Below, one piece after another: positions 25,584 to 37,000 of a stretch of DNA of 64,000 nt (the stretch's first letter is position 1; each line of letters opens with the position of its first letter). This DNA comes from Phoronis australis (taxonomy: Eukaryota; Animalia; Phoronida): positions 168,954 to 232,953 of the forward strand of contig NMRA01000041.1 in assembly GCA_002633005.1 (NCBI GenBank), given 5' to 3'. The notes beneath the pieces are model-generated. The model ran no database searches, was not told the DNA's origin, and worked only from the letters and a program-made list of their open reading frames with translations. Position numbers and translations under genes: made by a program.

Positions 25584-25996
25584 AAATGCAAGGGAATTCA
25601 TCATATTTTATTTTAGTAATAATAATGAGGTTTTTTTTGATTTAGAGCCTCAGGGTGTATATTAGGAAAACATTATGTTTTACTTCTCTGGAACTCAAAA
25701 GTTACCAGGAAGTGGGGTTAGTTGGGATACGAACGAAACATGTAACACAGAGCCTGAGGTCGGTGGGTGCACAGACAATCATTGGATTAGAAGATTTGAC
25801 GCGGAAATGGTCAAAACAGAGGCTTCAGCTAACTGCGTAGCCTGCAATTCTGTCTGTTCATAGTTGCACATTATCTGAAATGCAAATCAGACATCACTTT
25901 TGATCACTTTAAATGGAGCTCTGCAGACAAGTGTCACTTAAAGCATACAGCTAGTGCCACCTAGCAGGAGATACAGCCACAGCTAGTGTCACCTAC

Positions 25997-26095
25997 CAGG
26001 AGCCACAGCTACTATGTTGCCCTTTTCCAGCAGATCAATGCAGGCGTCCATTGTTCCAGGGAACGCACCAAACACGCCTAGGAATAGGTTGAAGC
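25997..26095 (-). CDS. TMEM68: TMEM68 copy A coding exon 3
   Basis: FNLFLGVFGAFPGTMDACIDLLEKGNIVAVAP; tacag acceptor, gtaggt donor. Confidence 0.9.
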
Positions 26096-26719
26096 CTGTA
26101 ATTAAGAGAAAAACCAATCAGCAAACAATGTCCTGTTAGCTGTTGTTAATAAAGACCACACAAAACAAATGAAATGAATTTAAGTGTGGGTAAACACGCT
26201 TTTCCATTTAATCAAGTTGTTAATTGAACAAAAGCTGGGCAGAAATACAGTAATCTCAAACCAATGTTTTTGTGTAAAATCATTGATAAATAGCTTTAAC
26301 AAGGGTTTCATTGCCACTGTCAAAAATATTTCTGATTTCCAAACTTGTACAATAATTGAAAAGATAAAAATCACATTGTTATTAAGGTTGTTTTTGCGCC
26401 TATTTTTGCTGTATGTTTATTTGTATTTTGTTTCATTGTATTTATTTAACTACTATCATCAATAAACCGCAATAACCAACGTTAGATCACACCACATTCA
26501 AATATGAACGACATAAAAGTGGTTGTGTTAAAAGTTTTCTCACAAAAATTTGCATTGGGGCAAACGATGAACAGAACTCCGGTATGAAATAAATCAAGCT
26601 TTAAATTAAAATGAACAATCATGAGTTTCTGATTGAAATCGGAATGAATAGCAATGCAGTTCCGCACTATTTAGCGCAGTATACAGTCCCGTCTGAAAAC
26701 AGACTAATTATTGCTGCAC

Positions 26720-26887
26720 CTGGCACTTTAAACAAGAAGTGATCAACCACGGGTCTCCACTTGCGGCGATTTTGTAGTACACACTTGGTTACCATGTAAT
26801 ACATATCTAATGCAATAGCACCATGGTAGTAAATTATAAGGGCCGAGCCAGTTGCAGGAATCTTGTCTAGACCATCCACTTCATATC
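26720..26887 (-). CDS. TMEM68: TMEM68 copy A coding exon 2
   Basis: YEVDGLDKIP...YYHGAIALD...DHFLFKVPG; 168 nt, phase 1-1. Confidence 0.92.
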
Positions 26888-27137
26888 CTAGAGAAGATAA
26901 GTTAAATCCGCTTGAAGAGAAAATGCTTAGAATCAATCCCTTGAAGCTATATATGACATAACACACTCAAACTGCTTTGAAACTACAACGACCTAAGTCA
27001 TGATTTAATTTCAAAATAGGAGTGTCGTCATTTTCTTTGGCAGAAATAAAAAAGCATCATCTACAAGTGCGGTGGACCTTCGCAAATTTAGGACAATATG
27101 TGGCAGACTAGTGAAATCTTATTTTCTTACATTTTAT

Positions 27138-27243
27138 AATATATACATATACATATACATATACATATATATATATATATATGTTGTTGTTGTTTAGTGC
27201 TTTATATATATATATATATATATATATAAAGCACTAAACAACA
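27138..27243. repeat. (TACATA)n/(TA)n microsatellite with a perfect foldback palindrome
   Basis: TGTTGTTTAGTGCTTTA-(TA)n-TAAAGCACTAAACAACA at 27188-27243. Confidence 0.85.
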
Positions 27244-27917
27244 GCTTTATATTGTTCAAATCTGTTTGATACTTACCATCACAGAATATTTTCAAAAATT
27301 GTTGGCATTCACAACAAATTCATAAGCACTTGAAGAAGGAAAAGGTCATTCTTGGTAATTATTTTAACATAAAATTGGTAAGATATAACCATATTTGAAT
27401 AGTTAAAATTCTTCAGTTGAGGCAAATGCTCAAAAATTTATAAAATGTTTTATGGTGACATCTGTGAAGTACAATAGTAGCTAACAACGTAAAACGTTCT
27501 ATTTATTTTTGTTGAAAAGCTTAAAATAAAATTTTGCTTTTCCGCCACATTGTATCCTACACTGAAGAATTTTCATTTTTCTTTATCAGAGATGGTCATC
27601 AATCCCTTACCACAGAGAGTAACCCTTTTACTGGAGCGAAACCATTACCATGGAGAATATTCCTTAGTTACCACCGGAGAGAAACACTTACCATCACAAA
27701 ACCCTTACCATGCACCGCAACAGCCCTTACCTTGGAGCTGACATACACACAGTAATTAAGTACCACACACCATAGATTTTTGCTGTGCATGGTAAGAGTT
27801 TTGTGAGGAGGAGTAGAGTTACACTAATGTGATAAGGCTACCATTCAATGGTAATTTTGAGAATCGGATTGCCATCCGTATGTATGCAGATAATTGTACT
27901 CATCAACACATGTGTAC

Positions 27918-28248
27918 CATGCCAGATCTTCCCGTGTCCATCCCAGAGAACGGCGACTATTGACCTTGCACCATCCCAGAAATCATGCATGTACTCTTCT
28001 TTCAGCTGATAACGATGCTTGTAGAACTTCAGGAACAATATTGATGACGCGTACAAGAAGATAAGTGTAACGATGGGTAATAGAAACACGATGATAACAG
28101 GATAAGTCATCCATATGAGCCACTTAAGGTATTGCGAGTCAACGAATATTTGAAGTTGTACGCATATCAATTCTATATAATAGTCAATGTTGTACTCAGA
28201 CCATAAAAAGGTCAAGAGATCATCCGTAGAATTTGATGCCATTTCCAT
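27918..28248 (-). CDS. TMEM68: TMEM68 copy A coding exon 1
   Basis: ATG at 28248; TM segment, then HDFWDGAR...WDGHGKIWHG|gtacac. Confidence 0.88.
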
Positions 28249-28256
28249 GGTAATGT

Positions 28257-28286
28257 TCAACTGTTACGAAATTCTTCAGATGCCAT
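28257..28286 (-). promoter_or_regulatory. 9-codon uORF (MASEEFRNS*) upstream of TMEM68-A; also at 29728..29757
   Basis: accATGG context; stop codon ends 8 nt before the main ATG; out of frame; lies downstream of the splice acceptor at 28377. Confidence 0.6.
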
Positions 28287-29388
28287 GGTAACACCAGATT
28301 CGTTCTCCGAAAAAATGAAGATCACTGAAGTTTAGTTTCTTTCTTGTGCTTAAATATGGCTTATCATTTCACATGTTCTGAAAAATGAGAAAGAAAATAA
28401 GTATGAACTCATCCAGTCAATGAGTCAATCAGTGTTTCTCATTATACTACCGTATGAAGTGGCAGCTGTCAAAGAGTGNNNNNNNNNNNNNNNNNNNNNN
28501 NNNNNNNNNNNNNNNNNNNNNNNNNNNNNNNNNNNNNNNNNNNNNNNNNNNNNNNNNNNNNNNNNNNNNNNNNNNNNNNNNNNNNNNNNNNNNNNNNNNN
28601 NNNNNNNNNNNNNNNNNNNNNNNNNNNNNNNNNNNNNNNNNNNNNNNNNNNNNNNNNNNNNNNNNNNNNNNNNNNNNATATATATATATATATATATATA
28701 TAAAGCACTAAACAACAGCTTTATATTGTTCAAATCTGTTTGATACTTACCATCACAGAATATTTTCAAAAATTGTTGGCATTCACAACAAATTCATAAG
28801 CACTTGAAGAAGGAAAAGGTCATTCTTGGTAATTATTTTAATATAAAATTGGTAAGATATAACCATATTTGAATAGTTAAAATTCTTCAGTTGGAGCAAA
28901 TGCTCAAAAATTTATAAAATGTTTTATGGTGACATCTGTGAAGTACAATAGTAGCTAACAACGTAAAACGTTCTATTTATTTTTGTTGAAAAGCTTAAAA
29001 TAAAATTTTGCTTTTCCGCCACATTGCATCCTACACTGAAGAATTTTCATTTTTCTTTATCAGAGATGATCAATCCCTTACCACAGAGAGTAACCCTTTT
29101 ACTGGAGCGAAACCATTACCATGGAGAATATTCCTTAGTTACCACCGGAGAGAAACACTTACCATCACAAAACCCTTACCACGCACCGCAACAGCCCTTA
29201 CCTTGGAGCTGACACACACACAGTAATTAGGTACCACACACCATAGATTTTTGCTGTGCATGGTAAGAGTTTTGTGAGGAGGAGTAGAGTTACACTAATG
29301 TCATAAGGCTACCATTCAATGGTAATTTTGAGAATCGGATTGCCATCCCTATGTATGCAGATAATTGTACTCATCAACACATGTGTAC

Positions 29389-29719
29389 CATGCCAGATCT
29401 TCCCGTGTCCATCCCAGAGAACGGCGACTGTTGACCTTGCACCATCCCAGAAATCATGCATGTACTCTTCTTTCAGCTGATAACGATGCTTGTAGAACTT
29501 CAGGAACAATATGGATGACGCGTACAAGAAGATAAGTGTAACGATGGGTAATAGAAACACGATGATAACAGGATAAATCATCCATATGAGCCACTTAAGG
29601 TATTGCGAGTCAACGAATATTTGAAGTTGTACGCATATCAATTCTATATAATAGTCAACGTTGTACTCAGACCATAAAAAGGTCAAGAGATCATCCGTAG
29701 ATTTTGATGCCATTTCCAT
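29389..29719 (-). CDS. TMEM68: Second copy of TMEM68-A coding exon 1 (probably an allelic/haplotype duplicate)
   Basis: Near-identical to 27918..28248, with few changes (N>K, I>V, T>I, I>T); lies in the ~1.27-kb block repeated on both sides of gap 28479-28677. Confidence 0.6.
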
Positions 29720-30055
29720 GGTAATGTTCAACTGTTACGAAATTCTTCAGATGCCATGGTAACACCAGATTCGTTCTCCGACAAAATGATGATCACTGAA
29801 GTTTAGTTTCTTTCTTGTGCTTAAATATGGCTTATCATTTCACATGTTCTGAAAAATGAGAAAGAAAATAAGTATGAACTCATCCAGTCAATGAGTCAAT
29901 CTGTGTTTCTCATTATACTACCGTATGAAGTGGCAGCTGTCAAAGAGTGACTGTGCTCAGACCCAAGAGTCGCTGCCAAGCCAATGCCACAATGCCAGGC
30001 AATGGCCACTTTTACACAGGCTGTCCGCGCCAGTGGACATGGCGTCATATCCGGG

Positions 30056-30350
30056 CCCATTACTGTCAGCCTGGTCAGAGAACGACCGCGCCTCTTCTCC
30101 ACTAAAACACGGTCGCTCTTGGCTTATGAGCAATAGCTCTATTGTAAACCATAAAACCTCATAAATCACTTATGCACTATAACATGAGAAGACATCTGTT
30201 CACACACATATAACCATCCAGACATCTATTTAAAATTTTAAGTACGCATTGAAAATTCTTTCTCAAAATTGATTAAATACGGTGGTCGAATGGCGAAAAT
30301 TAATGCACCACTATCCGAGAAACAAAACGTGTCACCACTAAGCACTGAGT
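30056..30350 (+). mobile_element. Terminal fragment of a DNA transposon family (inverted homolog at ~41680-42060)
   Basis: CCCATTACTGTCAGCCTG...GACCGC...CAATAGCTCTAT...ATCTATTTAAAATTTTA matches the reverse complement of 41775-42060. Confidence 0.6.
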
Positions 30351-30482
30351 AATTAATGCGGGTTATACTGCTTGAATCCTCAGTCTTGTCAAGAAAATAT
30401 TTGAAGTAAAGATATATTCTCTTCAAAACCCATTGTTTTTATTGTATAAACATCGTGTTATTTGCTTTTCATTTCACTTCAT

Positions 30483-31520
30483 TCAACATGCGCGCACCCA
30501 GGGGGTGGGGCTCGAATGGGAGGAATGAGAGAACTCGCTATCGTCGACGACTGTCTGTGTTCTATGAGATAGAAATGACTGGATCCAATTGTGGGTGAGA
30601 CTCCTTACAATGTAGTATCTGATGTTCTCCGAAAGTCTTGGATGAGATACCTTATCAAAGGCTTTGGAGAGGTCCAGCACCACAGCGTCGGTTTGAGTGC
30701 CTGCCTACAAAGTTTGCAGTAGGTCGTCTATGGATGTGACAAGTTGTGTTTCGCATGGTCTATGGCTACGAAAACCATGCTGCTATGTGTAAAGTATATT
30801 ATTTGTGTCGAGGTGAGGCATAATGTTATTGACAACTGCCCGTGCTCCTTACGCCCGTATCATATGCAAGTGAGTGACATTGGGCGGTAATTTGAAGCCA
30901 AGGTTTTATCGTCTTTTTTGAAGATGGGTGCTACGTTTGCAGTTCGCCATTATGACGGAATTGTAGATGTTTGATAAGATTTGGTATAAAAATATTTCTT
31001 GGGGGACAGGTGCAATTTCTTCTGCGGCTGCTTTAATGTGAGGAGATATTTGATCTGGTCCAGCGGCTTTGTGAGGGTTGAGGTTCTGCAACATCTTGCT
31101 TATACCGTCGGTGGGGAAGTTTATATTATGGATGGAGTTGTATCTGTACCAAGGTCTTTTCTGAAGACCGAGGAAAAGTGTGTGTTTAATATTTCTGATT
31201 TTGTTTTTGGGTCAGTGTGTAGGATGCCATCTTTTCCAAGGGAGCAATATTTGGTGATTCTTTGTTTAGACTTTTGATAAAAGATTGAAATCTTTTTGGA
31301 TTACTACTTTGGGTGGGAAGTTGTAATTATATTGTTGATGTAATACCAGTAGGCTTTGCGAGTTTATTGTTTGACTAGATTGCTAAGATTTAGGAAGCTT
31401 TCTCTGTCAGTTTCATTTCCAGTATGTTTTGAGCGACGAAAGAGCTTAATATCTCTTTTCCTAAGAATTAATTTTAGGATTTATCCTGGGAATTCGATTT
31501 TTAGGTCTTGTAGCTTTGTG
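30483..31520 (-). mobile_element. Degenerate non-LTR retrotransposon RT fragment (CR1/Jockey-group-like)
   Basis: LQNLNPHKAAGPDQIS, NYRPMSLTCI, QHGFRSHRPCETQL, LDLSKAFDKVSH, with stops and frameshifts. Confidence 0.85.
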
Positions 31521-32150
31521 GGGGAAAAGCGTTCAGTGTGTTCTGTAGGGGTAGTGCTGGGGAAAGCGTGCTGTGATAAAAAACACGGTGTTTTCCTTCA
31601 GTTGTTTGATCGGATATCAAACGAACAAGTTGACGGCAGACTGACGTAGCTAGTATCTCACACGGTTGGTTAACTCCATTGTCGACCCGTACCCGTGCCG
31701 ATAAAATGCTTATTAAAAAGTTACCGAACGCGGTTTCGGCCTATTAACACAAACTAAAAACGACTTTTCCATGCAGTTTCGTTGCCCATATAAAGTACTT
31801 CTGCTCACTTCAATAAGTTTTTTGCCTGTCGCAGCTGTTAACAAAGGAGCCGGATAAAGTCATTGAAAGGGAGAAAGCTCTAATGATAGGGTGTTGTGAA
31901 CATTCTGGGGGGTGTTGTGGTGAGTGTGGGTGACGTTGTAGAGAGAGCTTTAGACTGTTGTGGTCATTGTGGGAGTATTGTGACGTTTGTACGGTGTTGT
32001 GAAGTTTGTAGGGTGTTTGTTAGGGAGTTTGTGGGATGTTGTGGCACCTACATGCTTTTATTGACATTTATTGGAGGCATAGTCCCCAATTATGACATCA
32101 GAATTAGGGAACTCGAGACGAGGAATGTATAGAGAGGGAAACAAAAAGAA

Positions 32151-32357
32151 TAATAAACAATAATTTCAGGCGCAAGCCGCTCGGATAGGCCCATTGCGCT
32201 GACCACCTGGAACTATATTTATGCTTCATAAATATATGTATAAAACCGAGCTGATGAGCTAGAGAGTAGTCTAGCAGTGTGCCCCGGTGGGACTCGAACC
32301 CACGGCCTTGAGTAAAGGAAGCGAACACCTTTCACACTAGGCTACACTGCCTCCTCT
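32151..32357 (-). mobile_element. tRNA-derived SINE (~207 bp)
   Basis: A box TAGCCTAGTG, B box GGTTCGAGTCCC; 3' hairpin GCGCAA...TTGCGC plus TTA-rich tail; 12-bp TSD AAACAAAAAGAA at 32139-32150 and 32358-32369. Confidence 0.85.
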
Positions 32358-33229
32358 AAACAAAAAGAAAGTGAACATATTGATTTGGAACGTTGATTTT
32401 GCGACGCTGAACGACAAGCTGAAAATTTTTAAAGCGCGTGAAAANTAGGCTTTGCGAGTTTCTTGTTGGACTAGTTTCCTAAGATTTAGGAAGCTTTCTC
32501 TGTCAGTTTCATTTCCAGTATGTTTTGAGCGGTGAAAGAGCTTATCTCTTTTCCTAAGAGGTTTTTTAATTTTCGGATTTATCCTGGGAATTCGATTTTT
32601 AGGTCTCGTAGTTTTGTGGGGGAAGAAGCGTTCAGTGTGTTCTGTAGGGATAGTGCTGGGGAAAGCGTGTTGTGATAAAAAACACGGTGTTTTCCTTCAG
32701 TTGTTTGATCGGATAGCAAACAAACAAGTTGACGGAAGACTGACGTAGCTAGTATTGGTTAACTCCATTGTCGACCCCGTCCCAGTGCCGATAAAATGCT
32801 TATCAAAAAGATACCGAACGCGGTTTCGGCCTATTAACACAAACTAAAAACGACTTTTCCATGCAGTTTCGTTGCCCATATAAAGTACTTCAATAAGTTT
32901 TTTGCCTGTCGCAGCTGTTAACAAAGGAGCCGAATAAAGTCATTGAAAGGGAGAAAGCTCTAATGATGGGGTGTCGTGAACATTCTGGGGGTGTTGTGGT
33001 GAGTGTGGGTGACGTTGTAGAGAGAGCTTTAGACTGTTGTGGTCATTGTGGGAGTATTGTGACGTTTGTACGGTGTTGTGAAGTTTGTAGGGTGTTTGTT
33101 AGGGAGTTTGTGGGATGTTGTGGCACCTACATGCTTTTATTGACATTTATTGGAGGCATAGTCCCCAATTATGACATCAGAATTAGGGAACTCGAGACGA
33201 GGAATGTATAGAGAGGGAAACAAAAAGAA

Positions 33230-33436
33230 TAATAAACAATAATTTCAGGCGCAAGCCGCTCGGATAGGCCCATTGCGCTGACCACCTGGAACTATATTTA
33301 TGCTTCATAAATATATGTATAAAACCGAGCTGATGAGCTAGAGAGTAGTCTAGCAGTGTGCCCCGGTGGGACTCGAACCCACGGCCTTGAGTAAAGGAAG
33401 CGAACACCTTTCACACTAGGCTACACTGCCTCCTCT
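33230..33436 (-). mobile_element. tRNA-derived SINE, duplicate copy within the repeated block
   Basis: Identical to 32151..32357 including the TSD. Confidence 0.75.
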
Positions 33437-34006
33437 AAACAAAAAGAAAGTGAACATATTGATTTGGAACGTTGATTTTGCGACGCTGAACGACAAGCTG
33501 AAAATTTTTAAAGCGCGTGAAAAGTTAATTTTTTTAAAATAAAACTGATATTAACAGACCAAGAAACATCCATTATCAGAATTCAATAACGGACGTTTCC
33601 GTTCGACCTTGTGTTCAAAATTCATGCCACGTAAAATGCGCCGGCAATGGACCAATTTTCCTGTGTTTGCGGCAATAGGATAGGTCCAATAAAGGGGTGT
33701 GAAGGTTGTTTTTATATGAAAATAGGGTAAAATTTCTGGATCCGGATGAAGAATGAAAAACGAAAATAAAAATCCTTTCTCCGGATTTGAGAGCCCCCAA
33801 TTGAATCAAGGAGTCGGTATAACCAATATTTTGTCGGGATTCAAACAAAGGCTGAGATTAAGATGTTAACATTCAAAGTTGGTTGTCGGTAATAGAAAAT
33901 ACAAGTAAGTGCGAAGTTCACAGAGGAATTAAGTTTTAGTTGTGTTGTGAAAAATATTTATATGGGAAATTTATTGAAACAGCCTCTCGAATTTTAAGCT
34001 CCTTTG

Positions 34007-37000
34007 AGAGTAAGAGATCACTTGACCCTCATGGCGGGAAGGTTGGTTTTCTGACTTGTGCGGACTGTCCCGTCTAACAATAGCGAAATTTATATAGTTT
34101 GAAGACAAAACCGACAGTAATTCATCTCACATGATTAGGAATAACGACCAGACCCCGACAAGTGGCAGAAAAAGAACACCAAGCCGAAACTCTAGTGAAC
34201 TCACAGTTTCGACGTCAAAAAAAAACTCTGAAGCAACCGACAATGGACGCCATATTGACAGGAAAGGGACAAAATGTCACCAAGAAGACTCGGTCATTGA
34301 AAAATGAACTAAAAGAGGCACTCATGGACTCAGATGTCCAGTCACTGTTTACAAACATGATAAAGCCCTTAATTGAAGCTGGTTTGTCTGAAATGTATAA
34401 AGCACTAGAGCTTCAATACGATCAAAAATAGCTGAAAAGGATAAAAAATAACAACACTTGAAAATCAACTCGACAAGTTGAAGCAAGAAAGTGGCTCTCA
34501 GATACACAGGTTGGAATCTGATTTGGATGAGCTTGAACAGTATAGCCACCGAAACTGTGTTGTAATCAGCGGAATAACAGAAACTGACAAGGAGTGCACA
34601 AACGACATTGTTATTGGTCTAGCAAAAAGAATTGGTGCTACCGTTGAGAAGTCTGACATACTTTGTCGCAGTCACCGCCTAGGTAAAAAAATCCAAGGTA
34701 ATGCCAAGACGAGGTCAATTATAGTTAAATTTACGAATTACAATGCAAGAGCCGAATTCATGAGAAATAAAAAGAAATTGAAAACTGAAGCTGGCAAGAT
34801 CTACGTTAACGAGAATCTGACCAAAAAAACGAACACAGTTGTACAAGGCTTGTAGAGACCTGGGCGCCCGGATTCAGAGTTGCTGGACATATGATGGAAG
34901 AATTTATTACAAGAACTGGGCCAATGAAATTAAACCGGTGAGCAGCATGGAAGATTTACAAGGCATCTAACTCTCTCTCAGCTCAACATTATACACCCAA
35001 GCCAGAATATAATACAGTAGTGCAATAGTTTCCAACGTCTTGTATTCAGCTTTTGGTAAGATTACTCACTTTTGTACTATATAGTCTGCATGAAAGACGG
35101 CTGAATTTCCTTTTTTCGTTAAGTTGATTGAGTTTTACGGTAATTCCAATACTTCACATTATCCATTTAACCTTTAACTGCTTCTGTACTCCATGTGTAA
35201 TTGCCAAACTACAAGTGTAGCGTACCATAATTGTCAGGTATTTGGGATCCTGTTGAGTGACCTCAGTACAAACGTACTTCCCGTACTTCCGGTAGCCATT
35301 ACTGTGTATATGATTAGCATATTTTTTTCTTCACGTTAGCTGTTGTGCCCAACGTATCGTTTTCACAGCTAACATATACCTGCTACTCAGGCTATGTCAA
35401 AGTTCGTGACAACCGTGTCACATAGTTTTATTGTTGTAGCTGTGTTCTATTTTGTTCTATTTTGGTCTAAGCGTCATATAGCTTCATGCTGGGCAATCTA
35501 TCTGGGAGGCTATTTATGAGAGGGCTCTGTATTGCCACGGAGTGCGGGCAACCTTATTATTTTATGTGTGTGATCTGTTTGCTCAGTGCGGGCGTCCCGA
35601 CAAGTCTCAAACGCATACTATAGAGCCAAATCACTTTACTGAAATGTAGTTATCCTTAAATTTCGTTCTACTTGTTTTTTGTATGAGACCGTGTGGGCAA
35701 TGTTTCTAAATGTTTTTAGTATAGTCTCATTATGAAAAATACTGGGAGAATAAGCCTTACCATGAGGATCAGTTTTCATGTGTTTTCTATCCTATGATAC
35801 ATCATATTTCACATCGATGTTGTACTCTTTGAAATCTATGATGTGCTCGTGGATGTGTTTGTATTGTTTTTGTTTTGTTTTGTTTTGTGTGTATGTGGTG
35901 TGAATGGGTCAGGATTGTACCATTTGATATATGTGCATAACCGTTGTAATGATGACAGGTGAACTTAAAGTAACGTCATTGAACTGCAGAGGGCTGGGTC
36001 TCCATGAAAAACGAAAAGATGTACTCAATTATTCAGGAGAAAAACAATACTCCATTTATTGCCTACAGGACACACACTTTACTAAGAGAGTAGAAAACAA
36101 TATTAGATCAATGTGGGGATATGAATGTTTTTTCAATTCAAATGCCTCAAACTCCCGTGGAGTGGCGATCCTCTTTAATAACACTTTGGAGTATAAATTA
36201 CATAACATTAGGCAAGACTACAATGGTAATAAATTAATTTTGGATATTACTATTAATGAGACAAGAATTACGTTAATTAATACGTATTGTCCAAATAGGG
36301 ACTCGCCGTCCTTTTTTTGAAAGAATAAAACAAGATGTTCAAGATATAGGAAATTACTCTGTTTTTTGGGCAGGCGATTTTAATCTTGCTCTCGATCAGT
36401 CTAAAGACACGTTTAATTATCGGCAGGTTATTAACCCGAAGTCACGGATTAAGTTGATGGAGATTTGTACAGAATTGTCTATTGTTGATGTGTGGCGGGA
36501 ACTAAACCCCAGTAGTAAAGAGTATACTTGGGGAGATGGAAGTAAACGATCCAGACTAGATTTTTTTCTAATTTCTGAAAACCTTTTAGCTAATATTGAC
36601 GACTCCATAATAGAATTCGGTTACCGGTCCGATCATTCAATGGTAACGGTTTTTTTAAAGTGATGTTTCCAGGAGGAGAAAATCATTTTGGAAGTTTAAT
36701 GATTCTCTCCTAAAAAACTCAAAGTATATTGCTGCAGTCAAGAATACTATTAAATTAGTTAAACAACAGTATGTGACAGACGACATTCAGACAGTTGATA
36801 GTACAAGTAATTCAGGTTTACAATTGTCTATAAATGATCAACTTTTTCTTGAAACGTTGTTCATGGAGATTCGCGGCAAAACAAGTTCCTTTGCTACTTA
36901 CTTAAAAAGAAAAAGTGATAGAGTTGAACAGCAACTTATCAAAGAAATAAGCTTGTTGGAAAAAAGTCTAAGCCTTGACAGGGAACTACTGGAAGAAAAA

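Larger units (their letters stand above)
17236..28248 (-). other. TMEM68: TMEM68/DIESL-like acyltransferase gene, tandem copy A; CDS complement(join(17236..17397,20147..20210,21338..21413,21843..21906,23559..23653,25997..26095,26720..26887,27918..28248)), ~352 aa
   Basis: Eight exons with GT-AG sites and consistent phases, 1059 nt in total. Motifs FWDGAR, WHGYE, YYHGAIxxD, PGGVREA, PVIPMFTQN, GGFPVK and GDPIPYD match TMEM68. Confidence 0.93.

Noticed and set aside
32240-32280. CTGATGA plus hairpin (GCTAGA..TCTAGC) antisense within the SINE, resembling a hammerhead
   Set aside because: No GAAA follows stem II and there is no NUH site with stems I/III; the core is incomplete.
32278-32354. tRNA gene
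   Set aside because: No proper anticodon arm; it is the head of a SINE with a tail and TSD. The same applies to 16869-16956 and ~5423-5485.
31350-33523. ~1.08-kb tandem duplication including the SINE
   Set aside because: The copies are joined at a single N (32445) and are near-identical; most likely an overlap or haplotype assembly artefact.
33570-33620. Minus-strand GAAACGTC and CTGATAA motifs downstream of the Penelope relic
   Set aside because: The motifs are not ordered as one hammerhead; at best a decayed remnant.
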